Notes: generated by a model not told the origin, from the sequence alone. DNA of 64,000 nucleotides from an uncultured delta proteobacterium (GCA_963729715.1 CAVSPA010000005.1:672001-736000); one strand, 5' to 3'; numbered from the stretch's first letter, positions 18,759 to 29,101 are shown. Program-made: numbers and translations.

Positions 18759-20849
18759 ATGCAGAATTTTTTTGACCCTTCTTCAGTGGCTCTCATTGGT
18801 GTCCCCCGCAACACCGGCAGCGGGACCTTCAACAATGCGGAAGTAATGATGCGTTACGGCTATGAAGGGAAGATATTCCCCATAAATCCAAACGCCAGCG
18901 AGATCTGCGGACTCAGGGCATATCCTTCCATAGCCGATGTCCCGGAAGTGGTAGACCTTGCGGTGATATCCGTTGGCCGAGAACGGGTCATTCCGATGCT
19001 GGATCAGTGCATTGCCGTGGGTGTAAGCCGGATCATCATAATTACCCAGGGTTTTGCCGACGCAGACGAAAAAGGTAAGAAGCTGCAGGAAGAGATTGTA
19101 AGGCGGGCAAAAGCGAACGGCGTGCGCATTCTGGGTCCCAATACAATGGGTGTTCTCAACAATTTCAAAAAATTTACCACCTCTTTTATCGATGTGGTTT
19201 ATCCAGAGACGTTTTCGCCTGTCTCGTTGATTGCACAGACGGGGCTCTTCCAGGTCGCATCGCAGGACATGGCATATAAACATTGGGGCAAGGCAGTCGA
19301 TATAGGCAACGGTTGCGACATCGATGAGGTGGATGCCCTCTCGTATCTAGCTGACGACCCGGAAACCAAATTTATTGTCGTTCATATGGAAGGGATTAAA
19401 CGGGGTGCCGATTTTCTGAAACTTGCGGCACGGACAAGCTGCAAGAAACCGGTTATTCTGTTCAAGACGGGCCGCAGCCAGGCCGGAGCAAAGGCGGCGC
19501 TCTCTCATACAGGGTCTTTGGTGGGGGAAGATCATGTCTTTGACGCCGTCTGCAGTAGGGCTGGTTTGATCCGGGTAAGAGGCAGTGCTGAATTGAAAGA
19601 TGCGATTCGAGCCCTCGTTCAGATGGGGGAGATGGAAGGCTCGCGGCTCGGCGTGGTGACAGCTTCCGGGGCGTTCGGTATAATGACGGCGGACGCCTGC
19701 GAAGATTACGGCCTGGAGTTGGCGAGACTTCCCGATGGCCTGGCAGATAAACTTTTAACAGGCTTGCCGGACTGGATCTCTGTAAGCAATCCGATAGATA
19801 TCTGGCCCATCGGCATGATAGGCGGCAATTACACCGGCGCATACGGCACAGCGCTGAAGGAACTGCTCCGCTCCCGGGACGTTGATGGAGTCCTGGGCGT
19901 ATTGCCCGTGCCGGACTCTCCACTCCATCGGAATCTCAACATGGTTGAATGTATAAAGGATGCAAGGAACAACTCAGGCAATATGAAGCCCCTGGCACTT
20001 TGGCCATATCTGGATGTTTCCTCTTTCATCGATAAATTTGAGAGCGTTCCGGGTGTGGCCTGTTTTGATACCGTGGAACAGGCTGTCAAAGGGCTTGCAT
20101 TCTGCTACAGATATCACCAGGCGAAGAAGCGCAACACTCCCGTTCAGAGGCAGTTTCCCGTCGATCTTGAGAAGCTGCGGCCTCTCGCCGAGAAGGGCAG
20201 ATCGCAGAAACTGTTGGTCGGAGATGAAGCGCTGATGCTCTTGGATCTCTTCGGTATCCCCGTTGTCAAGAGCGACATCGCCAGAAGTCGCAAGGATTTG
20301 GAAAACATCGCATCGTCAATGACCTACCCGCTTGTACTGAAGTTGACCGGAGCCGCATTCCTGCACAAGACGGAGTGGGGAGGCGTTGTTACGGGAATCA
20401 GGGATTTGAAAGATCTCCAGCGTGCGTTTGACCGGATCGTTCATAATGTCAGCACGCGTCAACCGGATGTGAAAGTTGAAACCGTTCTGGTTCAGGAACA
20501 GATCCATGGGCACGAATTGCTCCTGGGTTTGAAGAGGGACCATGAATTCGGCCACGTTATCGCCTGCGGCCTTGGCGGTATTTATACTGAAGTTTTCAAG
20601 GACATCAGTCGGTCAATTGTCCCTGTCGATCAGGAAGAGGCGGAAGGTATGCTCGCGTCTCTCAAGATAGCGCCCATATTGAAAGGCCTGAGGGGTGAGG
20701 CAGCGATTGACTGGACGGGTCTCGTGGAAATTTTGGAAAGACTATCGTTTCTTGCAAGCACACTATCGGATATCTCGGAGCTGGACATCAATCCTGTTAT
20801 AGCGACAAGCAGCAAATGTATTGCGGTGGATGCCCGGATATTGTGGTAG
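18759..20849 (+). CDS. acyl-CoA synthetase (NDP-forming), fused alpha/beta
   Basis: CoA-binding N-terminus, LGPNTMG, phospho-His SHTGSL, ATP-grasp HKTEWGGV, ELDINP. Confidence 0.9.
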   Translation: MQNFFDPSSVALIGVPRNTGSGTFNNAEVMMRYGYEGKIFPINPNASEICGLRAYPSIADVPEVVDLAVISVGRERVIPMLDQCIAVGVSRIIIITQGFADADEKGKKLQEEIVRRAKANGVRILGPNTMGVLNNFKKFTTSFIDVVYPETFSPVSLIAQTGLFQVASQDMAYKHWGKAVDIGNGCDIDEVDALSYLADDPETKFIVVHMEGIKRGADFLKLAARTSCKKPVILFKTGRSQAGAKAALSHTGSLVGEDHVFDAVCSRAGLIRVRGSAELKDAIRALVQMGEMEGSRLGVVTASGAFGIMTADACEDYGLELARLPDGLADKLLTGLPDWISVSNPIDIWPIGMIGGNYTGAYGTALKELLRSRDVDGVLGVLPVPDSPLHRNLNMVECIKDARNNSGNMKPLALWPYLDVSSFIDKFESVPGVACFDTVEQAVKGLAFCYRYHQAKKRNTPVQRQFPVDLEKLRPLAEKGRSQKLLVGDEALMLLDLFGIPVVKSDIARSRKDLENIASSMTYPLVLKLTGAAFLHKTEWGGVVTGIRDLKDLQRAFDRIVHNVSTRQPDVKVETVLVQEQIHGHELLLGLKRDHEFGHVIACGLGGIYTEVFKDISRSIVPVDQEEAEGMLASLKIAPILKGLRGEAAIDWTGLVEILERLSFLASTLSDISELDINPVIATSSKCIAVDARILW

Positions 20850-20937
20850 ATTATAGAAGCTGTTGTAGATACCTTAACGCGGATTAAAATCGCTGTCCCT
20901 GGTATTTCCAAACATCTCCCCAAAGGAGGAATGAAGT

Positions 20938-21423
20938 ATGAAAAATTTGGAATGGAAGAATCCACCTGAAATGCAGATTGACCCGGCCAAGAAATACAAG
21001 GCCGTCATTGAAACGGGGAGAGGTGTTATTGAATTGGTGCTATTTCCGCAACATGCTCCGAAAACCGTCAACAACTTCGTCTTTCTCGCGAAACAGGGTT
21101 TCTATGACGACGTATCCTTTCATCGGGTAATCAAAAATTTCATGATACAGGGCGGTGATCCGACAGGCACGGGAAGGGACGGTCCCGGCTATAAGTTTGA
21201 GGATGAGTTTAAGAAAAATCCCTTGAAACATGAAACAGGAGTGATCTCCATGGCGAATTCCGGGCCGAACACGAACGGAAGCCAGTTCTTCATCACGCAT
21301 TCCCCGCAGCCGCACCTGAACAGCAGACACACTGTATTCGGCAAGGTGGTAAGCGGTCAGAATGTAGTCGATGCAATTCAACAGGGAGACAAAATGCTCC
21401 GTGTGGAAATACAGGAGATATAG
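20938..21423 (+). CDS. cyclophilin-type peptidyl-prolyl isomerase
   Basis: [36 protein letters not shown]. Confidence 0.95.
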   Translation: MKNLEWKNPPEMQIDPAKKYKAVIETGRGVIELVLFPQHAPKTVNNFVFLAKQGFYDDVSFHRVIKNFMIQGGDPTGTGRDGPGYKFEDEFKKNPLKHETGVISMANSGPNTNGSQFFITHSPQPHLNSRHTVFGKVVSGQNVVDAIQQGDKMLRVEIQEI

Positions 21424-21429
21424 AAAGCA

Positions 21430-21650
21430 CGCCGCCACTGCGAGGCGCGCCGTGCCGTAGCAACCTCTCTCATTCTTGAACGTAGTGCAGACCTTCAGGT
21501 CTGCTGTAGCTGATATCCAAAACCAGTCGTCATTCTAATGCAAAGACTGTACTGCAATTCTCTTTATTGTCATTTCGAGAAGCGAGAAATCTTTGTTTAA
21601 CCTGAAAAAAGATCTAAAAGATTCGTCACACTCATTCGGATTGATATTGT
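21430..21650. repeat. cluster of degenerate REP-like palindromes
   Basis: GTAGT-GCAGACCT-TC-AGGTCTGC at 21482-21504; GTCATTTCGAGAAGCGAGAAATCT...AGATTCGTCAC; CACTGCGAGG...GTAGCAACCTC. Confidence 0.55.
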
Positions 21651-21699
21651 TTTCGCCTCTTAGATGGGAATCTATGCACCGCTTTCGTAAAGACAGATT

Positions 21700-22293
21700 A
21701 TGCTTTTCAAGAAAAAAGACAGAATGACCAGAGACGCAGGCGTTGCCGATATCTCCGGCATTCAAGAAGAATATGGACTCAGGATTGCGACCATTATCGA
21801 TAATAACGATTGGGTGAGAACCAAGGCGCGGGAAATAGATCTGGATAAAGAACTGCATTTGGTCAAAGACCTCGATAAAATCATGAGACACATGAAAGAC
21901 CTGCATAAGTTTGTGGGCGTCAGCTCTAATAATATATACTGGAACTTGACACAGGCGCCAATCAGGCAAATACTCATTCCGACAACGGAAAGAAAATATA
22001 TCTCCCTTATAAATCCGGAAATTCTGAAGCTGGAGGGGCAGGAGAATAGCTACGTGGAGGCATGCGGTTCAGTGCCCAACAAGGTCTATATAGTCAGGAG
22101 AAAGCCGTATGTATTGATCTCCGGGTATACAACCGGGAAAGAGCGTATTGAATTGGAATACGGATCAAAGGTCTTTTACGCGGGGGAGGATCCTATATGC
22201 TCGTCATACAGCAATCCGGAATGGGTTATCCAGCACGAAATGGATCACCTTGATGGGATAACAATCCAAGACAAAGGAGCCGTCTTGATCTGA
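21700..22293 (+). CDS. peptide deformylase family protein (divergent)
   Basis: LINPEI, EACGS (cf. EGCLS), QHEMDHLDG. Confidence 0.75.
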   Translation: MLFKKKDRMTRDAGVADISGIQEEYGLRIATIIDNNDWVRTKAREIDLDKELHLVKDLDKIMRHMKDLHKFVGVSSNNIYWNLTQAPIRQILIPTTERKYISLINPEILKLEGQENSYVEACGSVPNKVYIVRRKPYVLISGYTTGKERIELEYGSKVFYAGEDPICSSYSNPEWVIQHEMDHLDGITIQDKGAVLI

Positions 22294-22448
22294 AAAGTCC
22301 TTTGTCTGCAACGTCCTGAGAGATCCCTTTATCCGACGTCTATTGTGTTACGCATAACGACTGGTAATCAATAAAAAAAGCAGAGCCATTTCTGATCGTG
22401 CCCTTTGTATTAATGACTTGATATGGTCTGATCAATTTGCAGCCTTAT

Positions 22449-23273
22449 TTAAAGGTGAAATACCCTCTCTGCATTTTGATGTAGAAAAAGCTCCTTCCCC
22501 TCCTCATCCAACCCCAATGAATCAAGATCCTCAAGACACTTGCTTGGTAAAATCATGGGGTAGTTTGTACCAAAAAGAACTTTCTTACGGCCATTTGTTT
22601 TCATGCAAGTTACGAGCTCTTTAGGATACCGTTTCGCAGTATATGCTGATGTATCGATGAACACATTGGGATGCTTCGTGGCGACGGCAATCATTTCGGT
22701 CGTCCATGGATATCCGATATGACCACACACGATCTTCAGTTCCGGGAACTCGATAGCTACGACATCTATATAGGGGATCGGGCGACCCGGCTCAGAAGGA
22801 CAAAGAGGGCCTGTGTGTCCTACCTGAAGGCATACAGGGATGTCCAGGTTGACACATTCGGCAAAAAGTGGATAGTAGCGGCGATCGGTCGCGGGCAGAT
22901 TCCACAGCCATTGTACCATGCGGAGTCCGCGGAACATATAGTCAGTAACATATCTTCTCAATTCTCGGACGGCTTCCAAGGGCTGGTATAGATTTACTGA
23001 TGCAATACCTATGAAACGATCAGGATGCTTCCTGACAATCGCCGCCACTTCATCGTTGGAAATCAACGGTCCTTGCGGTCCCCACCATGCACAAATCAAC
23101 CCCCTCTGGACGCCGCCCCTGTCCATCGCGTCAATTGTAAATTCGATCGGTATCTCTTCCGTCACTTTTTTTACTCCTCCTGTCCATCGCCGGAGCGAAT
23201 CGAACATGGGCTGATTGATGAACCTCATTGTCGGATGCTGCATCCACACATCAATAATGACATTAGTTCTCAT
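22449..23273 (-). CDS. amidohydrolase_2 family protein
   Basis: IIDVWMQH, GHTGP, CGHIGYPW, IDTSAY, LFGTNYP. Confidence 0.88.
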   Translation of the reverse strand: MRTNVIIDVWMQHPTMRFINQPMFDSLRRWTGGVKKVTEEIPIEFTIDAMDRGGVQRGLICAWWGPQGPLISNDEVAAIVRKHPDRFIGIASVNLYQPLEAVRELRRYVTDYMFRGLRMVQWLWNLPATDRRYYPLFAECVNLDIPVCLQVGHTGPLCPSEPGRPIPYIDVVAIEFPELKIVCGHIGYPWTTEMIAVATKHPNVFIDTSAYTAKRYPKELVTCMKTNGRKKVLFGTNYPMILPSKCLEDLDSLGLDEEGKELFLHQNAERVFHL

Positions 23274-23627
23274 CGTGCTTCCCCTTTTCTATTTGCCTTC
23301 AGATTCTTCTGTATCCTTTAAATAAATCGTCAGTCTGTGAACAATATTGATAATTCCTGTAGCGATAGTCAATAGATAAATTCGGCATAAATAACTGTTT
23401 CAAGCAAGAATTACGATTTAATGCATTTATCAGTTTCAAGGTGCCGGAACATAGCTATAGCGTCTCTATTTCATTTAACCGGTGGAGGAGAAAAATATTG
23501 AAATGCAGGGGTTGTCCCAATCTGCCTTTGACACATAGAGCCTTCCATTGTATGGTTTTTCGTCACTCATAGTCATGTCTTATCAAAACGAATCAAGCGG
23601 GCAAATCAAATCGAAGGAGGAAGCTCA

Positions 23628-24284
23628 ATGAATCGCAATACACTCTGGATCGGTTCCGTGGTGCTCGCCGTTGCCATTGGCTTTGGTGTAGCGAATTTTG
23701 CGAATTCGCAGACAGGCGAGAAGCCGAAGCGTTTTCCCCAGCTCACGATGGACCAACTCAATGACCAGCAGCGGCCTCTCGGCGAAAAGATCATGAAGAT
23801 TTCAAGCGTCGGTATCGGGGGACCTTACAATCCGCTGCTGCGCAGCCCGGTCCTGGCGCAGCGCATGTATGATCTGCTCGATTATCTGCGCTGGAATTCT
23901 TCGCTGTCGCGGCAGTTGACCGAATTCGCGATCCTGATCGTGGGGTGGCAGTGGCGGAGCCAGATTGAATGGTATGCGCATTATCCGCTGGCACTGAAAG
24001 AGGGCCTGCCGAAACAGGTGGCCGATAACATCAAGGCCAACAAACGGCCGCGGGGCATGACGCCCCAAGTGGAAGCCGTCTATGACTTCTGCATTGAGCT
24101 CTCCACGAAACACGAGGTTTCCGACGCGACGTTCAAGCGGACTAGAAAATTCCTCAGCGATCAGCAAATCGTGGATCTGACGGTGCTCAGCGGCACCTAT
24201 GTGACGCTGGCCATGGTGCTGAGCATGGCGGAGGAGAGCGTGCCGGTCGGCAAGGAGCTGCCTTTCAAACCCGGCGAGCCTTGA
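23628..24284 (+). CDS. carboxymuconolactone decarboxylase/AhpD-fold protein with signal peptide
   Basis: GGPYNPLLRSP, EFAILIV, EWYAH, VSDATF; N-terminal signal-like segment. Confidence 0.8.
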   Translation: MNRNTLWIGSVVLAVAIGFGVANFANSQTGEKPKRFPQLTMDQLNDQQRPLGEKIMKISSVGIGGPYNPLLRSPVLAQRMYDLLDYLRWNSSLSRQLTEFAILIVGWQWRSQIEWYAHYPLALKEGLPKQVADNIKANKRPRGMTPQVEAVYDFCIELSTKHEVSDATFKRTRKFLSDQQIVDLTVLSGTYVTLAMVLSMAEESVPVGKELPFKPGEP

Positions 24285-24412
24285 GAGTTGTTGCTACCGA
24301 CGTCTATCCGGGAACGCGCCGATGCGCGTCCCGGATGGGCCGTTGCGCCTTCAGAACTATACCTTTGCATAGGAGATCACAAAGCTGCAAGGGATGGTAG
24401 AACGCCGTGTCT

Positions 24413-26275
24413 TTATATCGTGAATAGTTCCTCCGCCATTTCAATGGGTGTCCTGTCTCCGACCTTTATCGCTTCGCACCGGGCTTTGACTGTAGAAAGA
24501 ATATTCAGCGCGAAGAATCTGGCCGCGGCGATCTTCCCGTTATAGAAGGCAACGTCCTTGTTTTCACGGATAAGCGCCCGCTGTTTTGACTTCGATCCCT
24601 TTGCATCCTTATCCGTATAGATGGTGTTCAGCTTTTCATTGGCAATCGTAGCCGCCTGCATCAGGAGCGATCCGACGGCAACGTCGCCGAAGAGCTCCAG
24701 ATATGGAGAAGCGTTAAGGACGGGGATCAAAAAGCTTGCGCCCCTGCCCAGCCGGTAAAAATGTGTTGTCAGATCGGAGAAGGCCTTCAGGGCCTCTTCC
24801 AGGTAGTTACACGGGACGGTCAGATCTTCAAACCCCGTGCTCCTTGTTATTACACTGTAAACTTCACTGTAGAGGCTCATCATGAACTCGCCTCTTTTCT
24901 GCGCGAGTTTTCTCCCGACAAGGTCAAGGGCCTGAACCGCGTTCGTTCCCTCATAGATGGTAGTGATCTTGCAGTCGCGCATGTACTGCTCCACGGGATA
25001 TTCGCTGCAATAGCCGTAGCCGCCGTATACGTCGATGGCCTTCGAACAAACCTGCATGGCCTTATCTGAGGAATAGGCCTTGCAGATGGGAATCAACAGT
25101 TCCGCCAATCCCTGCCATTTTGACTTGTCTATCTTGGTTTCTGAGACATCCGCCATATCAAGGGAATAGGCCGTATAATAAAGCAGTACCCTTATCCCTT
25201 CCACGTGGGCCTTCATCCAGAGAAGCGTTCGTTTGATGTCGGGATGCTGGATGATGGGCACGGGCTTGGCATCCGGATTCTTCATATCCCATATGGCGAC
25301 GCCCTGAATTCTTTCCTTGGCATACGCCACGGCATGTTCGAAGGCCGCCGTTGCAACGCCCAGCGCCTGCACACCGACCTCAAGCCTGGCATCATTCATC
25401 ATCTGGAACATGATTGACATGCCAGCCCTCTCTTTTCCGAGGAGCTCGCCGATGCATCTTGCGTCGTCGCCGAAATTGAGGGTACATGTGGCGGAGCCCT
25501 TGATCCCCATCTTGTGCTCGATGTTTCCCGTGCGGACGTCATTGAACTCGCCCATGCTCCCATCGTCGTTGACGCGGTACTTGGGGACGATGAATATGGA
25601 GATACCCTTCGTTCCCGGCGCATCCCCTTCGATCCTCGCGAGAACGGGATGGACGATATTCGGGCAGAGGTCATGGTCTCCGCCGGAGATGAATATCTTG
25701 GCCCCCGTGATGCTGTATTTCCCGTCGGGCAATCTCTTCGCCGTTGTCTTCAGGGCGCCAACGTCTGTCCCTGCTCCGGACTCCGTGAGACACATCGTTC
25801 CGCCCCACTCGCCGGCAAACATCTTGCACATGTATTTGTTCTTCTGCTCTTCCGTGCCGAAACGTTCTATGAGAGAGGCGGCCCCGGTCGTAAGGAGCGG
25901 GTACATGAGGAGGGGGTAGTTTGCGGCCTGAAAAAGTTCAAAGCAGGCAGTGGAAACGCTTATCGGCATTCCCTGTCCGCCCACCTCGGGGTCTTTTATC
26001 GCGCACTGCCAGCCGGCTCCGACAAACTTCTTGTATGCGGCGTGGAAGCTCTTCGGCACGTAGACTTTTCCGTCCTTGAACGTGCATCCTTCCCTGTCCC
26101 CGTCCACATACGTAGGCAGGATCACATCGATGGCCATCTTCTCCGCTTCCGTAAGGATCATGTCCACGGTCTCTTTCGCGTAGTCCGCGTACTTGGCCTT
26201 GAAAATATCTTCTATGCCGAGCTGTTCATAAAGGACGAATTGCTGATCTCTCGTGTTCACCAATAAGTTGCTCAT
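24413..26275 (-). CDS. acyl-CoA dehydrogenase (long, ~600 aa type)
   Basis: GTMCLTESGAGTDVG, KIFISGG, EHKMGIKGSAT, GGYGY, IYEGTN. Confidence 0.93.
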   Translation of the reverse strand: MSNLLVNTRDQQFVLYEQLGIEDIFKAKYADYAKETVDMILTEAEKMAIDVILPTYVDGDREGCTFKDGKVYVPKSFHAAYKKFVGAGWQCAIKDPEVGGQGMPISVSTACFELFQAANYPLLMYPLLTTGAASLIERFGTEEQKNKYMCKMFAGEWGGTMCLTESGAGTDVGALKTTAKRLPDGKYSITGAKIFISGGDHDLCPNIVHPVLARIEGDAPGTKGISIFIVPKYRVNDDGSMGEFNDVRTGNIEHKMGIKGSATCTLNFGDDARCIGELLGKERAGMSIMFQMMNDARLEVGVQALGVATAAFEHAVAYAKERIQGVAIWDMKNPDAKPVPIIQHPDIKRTLLWMKAHVEGIRVLLYYTAYSLDMADVSETKIDKSKWQGLAELLIPICKAYSSDKAMQVCSKAIDVYGGYGYCSEYPVEQYMRDCKITTIYEGTNAVQALDLVGRKLAQKRGEFMMSLYSEVYSVITRSTGFEDLTVPCNYLEEALKAFSDLTTHFYRLGRGASFLIPVLNASPYLELFGDVAVGSLLMQAATIANEKLNTIYTDKDAKGSKSKQRALIRENKDVAFYNGKIAAARFFALNILSTVKARCEAIKVGDRTPIEMAEELFTI

Positions 26276-26538
26276 GAAGACCTCCTGAAAAACGGTGGAT
26301 TAAAGACCCGGGAAATTTTGGAACGCAATGCCTGGATGAAGGCCGATACAATGCCAATATGAGTCTGTTTTTATACATAACAAGGGCGGGCTTTGCAAGG
26401 ATTCCTTTGTGAAGATTGATCTTTCTTGCGGCTCCAGTTCTCGCCCCTGACTGTTATTGAAAATTTATAAATTTTATGAGATTAAAAGCAACTGAATACA
26501 ACGCCGCCGGAATTATCTCGGTTGAGAAGGAGAGTGAC

Positions 26539-27648
26539 ATGAAAAATTTATTGGAAAACATCGAGGAAATCCTGCTCATGGGCCCCGGCCCTTCCTGCGT
26601 ACCCCCGCAGGTCTACAAGGCCCTTAGCCGGAAGACCCTGGGACACCTGGACCCTTATTTCCTGACCATCATGGATGAGCTTATGGAGATGCTTCGCCGG
26701 ATCATGAATACGAAGAACAGGCTCACGATCCCCATATCGGGAACGGGTTCCGCAGGCATGGAGGCGAGCTTCGTGAATCTCGTGGAGCCGGGCGACAAGG
26801 TTCTTATCATCACGAACGGCGTCTTCGGCGTGCGGATGCAGGACGTAGCTGGTCGGCTTGGCGCCAAGGTCGACGCGCAGGAGTTCCCCTGGGGAACGCC
26901 GGTAGTGCCGGAGGCGGTAGAAAAGAAGATCAAACAGGATTCCTACAAGATAGTCGCCGTGGTCCATGCCGAGACCTCGACGGGTGTGATGAATCCGGTT
27001 GCGGAAATCGGTGCGCTTCTCAAAGGCAGTGACGCCATCTATCTGGTGGATACAGTCACGAGTCTGGGCGGCATCGAGGTCAGGATGGATGACTGGAACA
27101 TCGACGCTCTCTACAGCGGTACGCAGAAATGTCTTTCCTGCCCGCCGGGACTTGCGCCCCTTTCATTTTCCGACAAGGCCCTGGCGAAGCTGAACGGGCG
27201 CAAGACGAAGGTGCCCAACTGGTATCTCGATATTTCCATGATTGCGAACTACTGGGGGAAGAGCCGCGTCTACCATCATACGGCGCCCGTGAACATGATC
27301 TACGGCCTGTATGAGGCGCTGTACGTGATCTTCGAGGAGAAGCTGGAGAATGTGTTTAAGCGGCATAAGGAAAGCCATGCGGCTCTGGTGGCAGGGCTGA
27401 AGGAGCTGGGCGTGAAGATGCTGGTGGAGGAGCCGTATCGCCTTCCTATGCTGAATGCCGTCTCTGTGCCTGAGGGCGTGGATGAGCTCGCTGTCAGGAA
27501 GCGCCTGCGAAGCGAATTCAAGATCGAGATCGGCGCGGGCCTAGGACCCCTGGCCGGGAAGATATGGCGTGTGGGGTTAATGGGGCACACGGCGAGAAAA
27601 GAAAACGTTGCGAGATTCATTGCGGCCCTGAAGAAGGTTCTGAAATAA
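26539..27648 (+). CDS. class V aminotransferase (alanine-glyoxylate/serine-pyruvate type)
   Basis: LMGPGPS, HAETSTG, DTVTSLGG, SGTQKC (PLP Lys), YHHTAP; start at 26539 behind AAGGAG. Confidence 0.92.
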   Translation: MKNLLENIEEILLMGPGPSCVPPQVYKALSRKTLGHLDPYFLTIMDELMEMLRRIMNTKNRLTIPISGTGSAGMEASFVNLVEPGDKVLIITNGVFGVRMQDVAGRLGAKVDAQEFPWGTPVVPEAVEKKIKQDSYKIVAVVHAETSTGVMNPVAEIGALLKGSDAIYLVDTVTSLGGIEVRMDDWNIDALYSGTQKCLSCPPGLAPLSFSDKALAKLNGRKTKVPNWYLDISMIANYWGKSRVYHHTAPVNMIYGLYEALYVIFEEKLENVFKRHKESHAALVAGLKELGVKMLVEEPYRLPMLNAVSVPEGVDELAVRKRLRSEFKIEIGAGLGPLAGKIWRVGLMGHTARKENVARFIAALKKVLK

Positions 27649-27655
27649 TTAGTGT

Positions 27656-27826
27656 GTCACTCCCGCGGAGGTGGGAGTCCAGTTCTTTGAATCTTGGATT
27701 CCCACTTTCGTGGGAATGACAGAAGGTGGTGCGTACCTTTAGGTGCGCTGTATTGGCGGGACTAAAGTCCTGCACTACGGTTGTCAAGAAATCCCGCCGC
27801 ATCCCCCTTTAGGAAAGGGGGATGCG
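27656..27826. repeat. three adjacent palindromic miniature repeat types
   Basis: GTCACTCCCGCGGAGGTGGGAGTCC...GGATTCCCACTTTCGTGGGAATGAC (27656-27720); inverted GTAG/GTGG REP pair (27726-27778); CGCATCCCCCTTT-AGG-AAAGGGGGATGCG (27798-27826). Confidence 0.75.
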
Positions 27827-27844
27827 CGCACGGCGAGTCTGTTG

Positions 27845-27872
27845 TTGACATCCTTTTTTTGCAAAATATAAT
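27845..27872 (+). promoter_or_regulatory. sigma-70 promoter
   Basis: TTGACA-16 nt-TATAAT. Confidence 0.6.
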
Positions 27873-27916
27873 TTATTATATAGAGTCTGAACAGGATGCA
27901 TAGAAAGGATGTCGTT

Positions 27917-28487
27917 ATGGAACAACCGCTCAAGATAGTATATCGCAATATACTGCCGGCGCATAAAGATGTCATTGATCCGATAATGAGGGAGCACGCC
28001 GTTAAACTGGACAAGTACTTTCCCAAGATAATCAGTTGTCGTGGTGGAAAAGACACAAGGGCGGCATCACGTAGGCGATCTCTACAGAACAACCATAACG
28101 CTTACAGTGCCGCATAGAGAGATCGTCGTGAATCGCGAGCATCCCCGTAACCACAGTCACGAAGACATGGTTGTTACGGTAGGCCATGTTTTCGACGATG
28201 CGGCGCGGCAACTTGAAGAATATGCACGGATGCGGGGGAAGGAGCTAAAAGACCACGATCTACTGCCTCACGGTGTGATCCATAAACTCTACCTTAAGGA
28301 TGGTTATGGATTTATACAAGGATCAGGCGATAGGGAAATTTACTTTCACCGGAACAGTGTGATCGACGGGTTCGATAACCTTGAGATCGGGACAGCGGTC
28401 CGTTTTGAGGAGGAGGAAGAGAAGAAAGGCCCGCAGGACAGCACCGTCAAGATTGTGAGGAAGGAGCACACCCATCACAGGCATTAA
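27917..28487 (+). pseudogene. HPF/RaiA-like + cold-shock domain fusion, frameshifted near 28040
   Basis: MEQPLKIVYRN...KLDKYFPKIISC continues in another frame as VVEK...DAARQLEEY...GYGFIQ...IYFHRNSV. Confidence 0.78.
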
Positions 28488-28552
28488 GGTTTCGTGAATT
28501 GCAAGGCCGGCGGCCGTTATGTGCATGCATTATTTCGGTTAGGATACTAAGT

Positions 28553-28843
28553 TCACCGCGCTGCTGTGGCAGCGGCTCTCTTGCGTCCGTTTTTCTTGAC
28601 ATCCTTGAAAGGCACCTTCCCACGGGAAGGGCGCAGCACTTTTTCCGAAAGGTCTTCTTCGATAGGCACTTCTTTCCCGAATTCAAGGACCTCCATCAGA
28701 GGCTCTTCGTTTTCGTAATCGCCGAGTTCCCAGATCATCTCATCGAGGTCCCCGTCGCGGTATCTATCCCTCCCGCGTTCAAATTCCCTCGTAATGTCGT
28801 TGAGAAATGTGTCGAGCGGTTTCACTCTGTCGTAATATGCCAT
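28553..28843 (-). CDS. small hypothetical protein, acidic core with basic tail
   Basis: 96 aa ORF with RBS GAGGAGG; divergent from the giant AAA gene. Confidence 0.6.
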   Translation of the reverse strand: MAYYDRVKPLDTFLNDITREFERGRDRYRDGDLDEMIWELGDYENEEPLMEVLEFGKEVPIEEDLSEKVLRPSRGKVPFKDVKKNGRKRAAATAAR

Positions 28844-29101
28844 TTTTCCCTCCTCGGTATTTTCGAATTATAGATAAAATCTAAGCCGGATAAAAAATTA
28901 CATCCATCATAAAATTCATAAAATCCAGTTTTGAAAAACCTGAATTTTACATAAGGGAATGGATGATAGGCGCGGTTTATTTGGCCTCTCTTTCTGCGAC
29001 AGCAATTCTTACCCATTGACACACCCACCCCCTTTCTTTTATGCTCCCTGTGTGACTCTTTTACGCAAGACTGACAACTCTTTTTGAACGCAACTACAGT
29101 T

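Noticed and set aside
22310..22445. attC-like site (GCATAAC) after the deformylase
   Set aside because: No matching GTTRRRY end with internal dyad, and no integrase or cassette array
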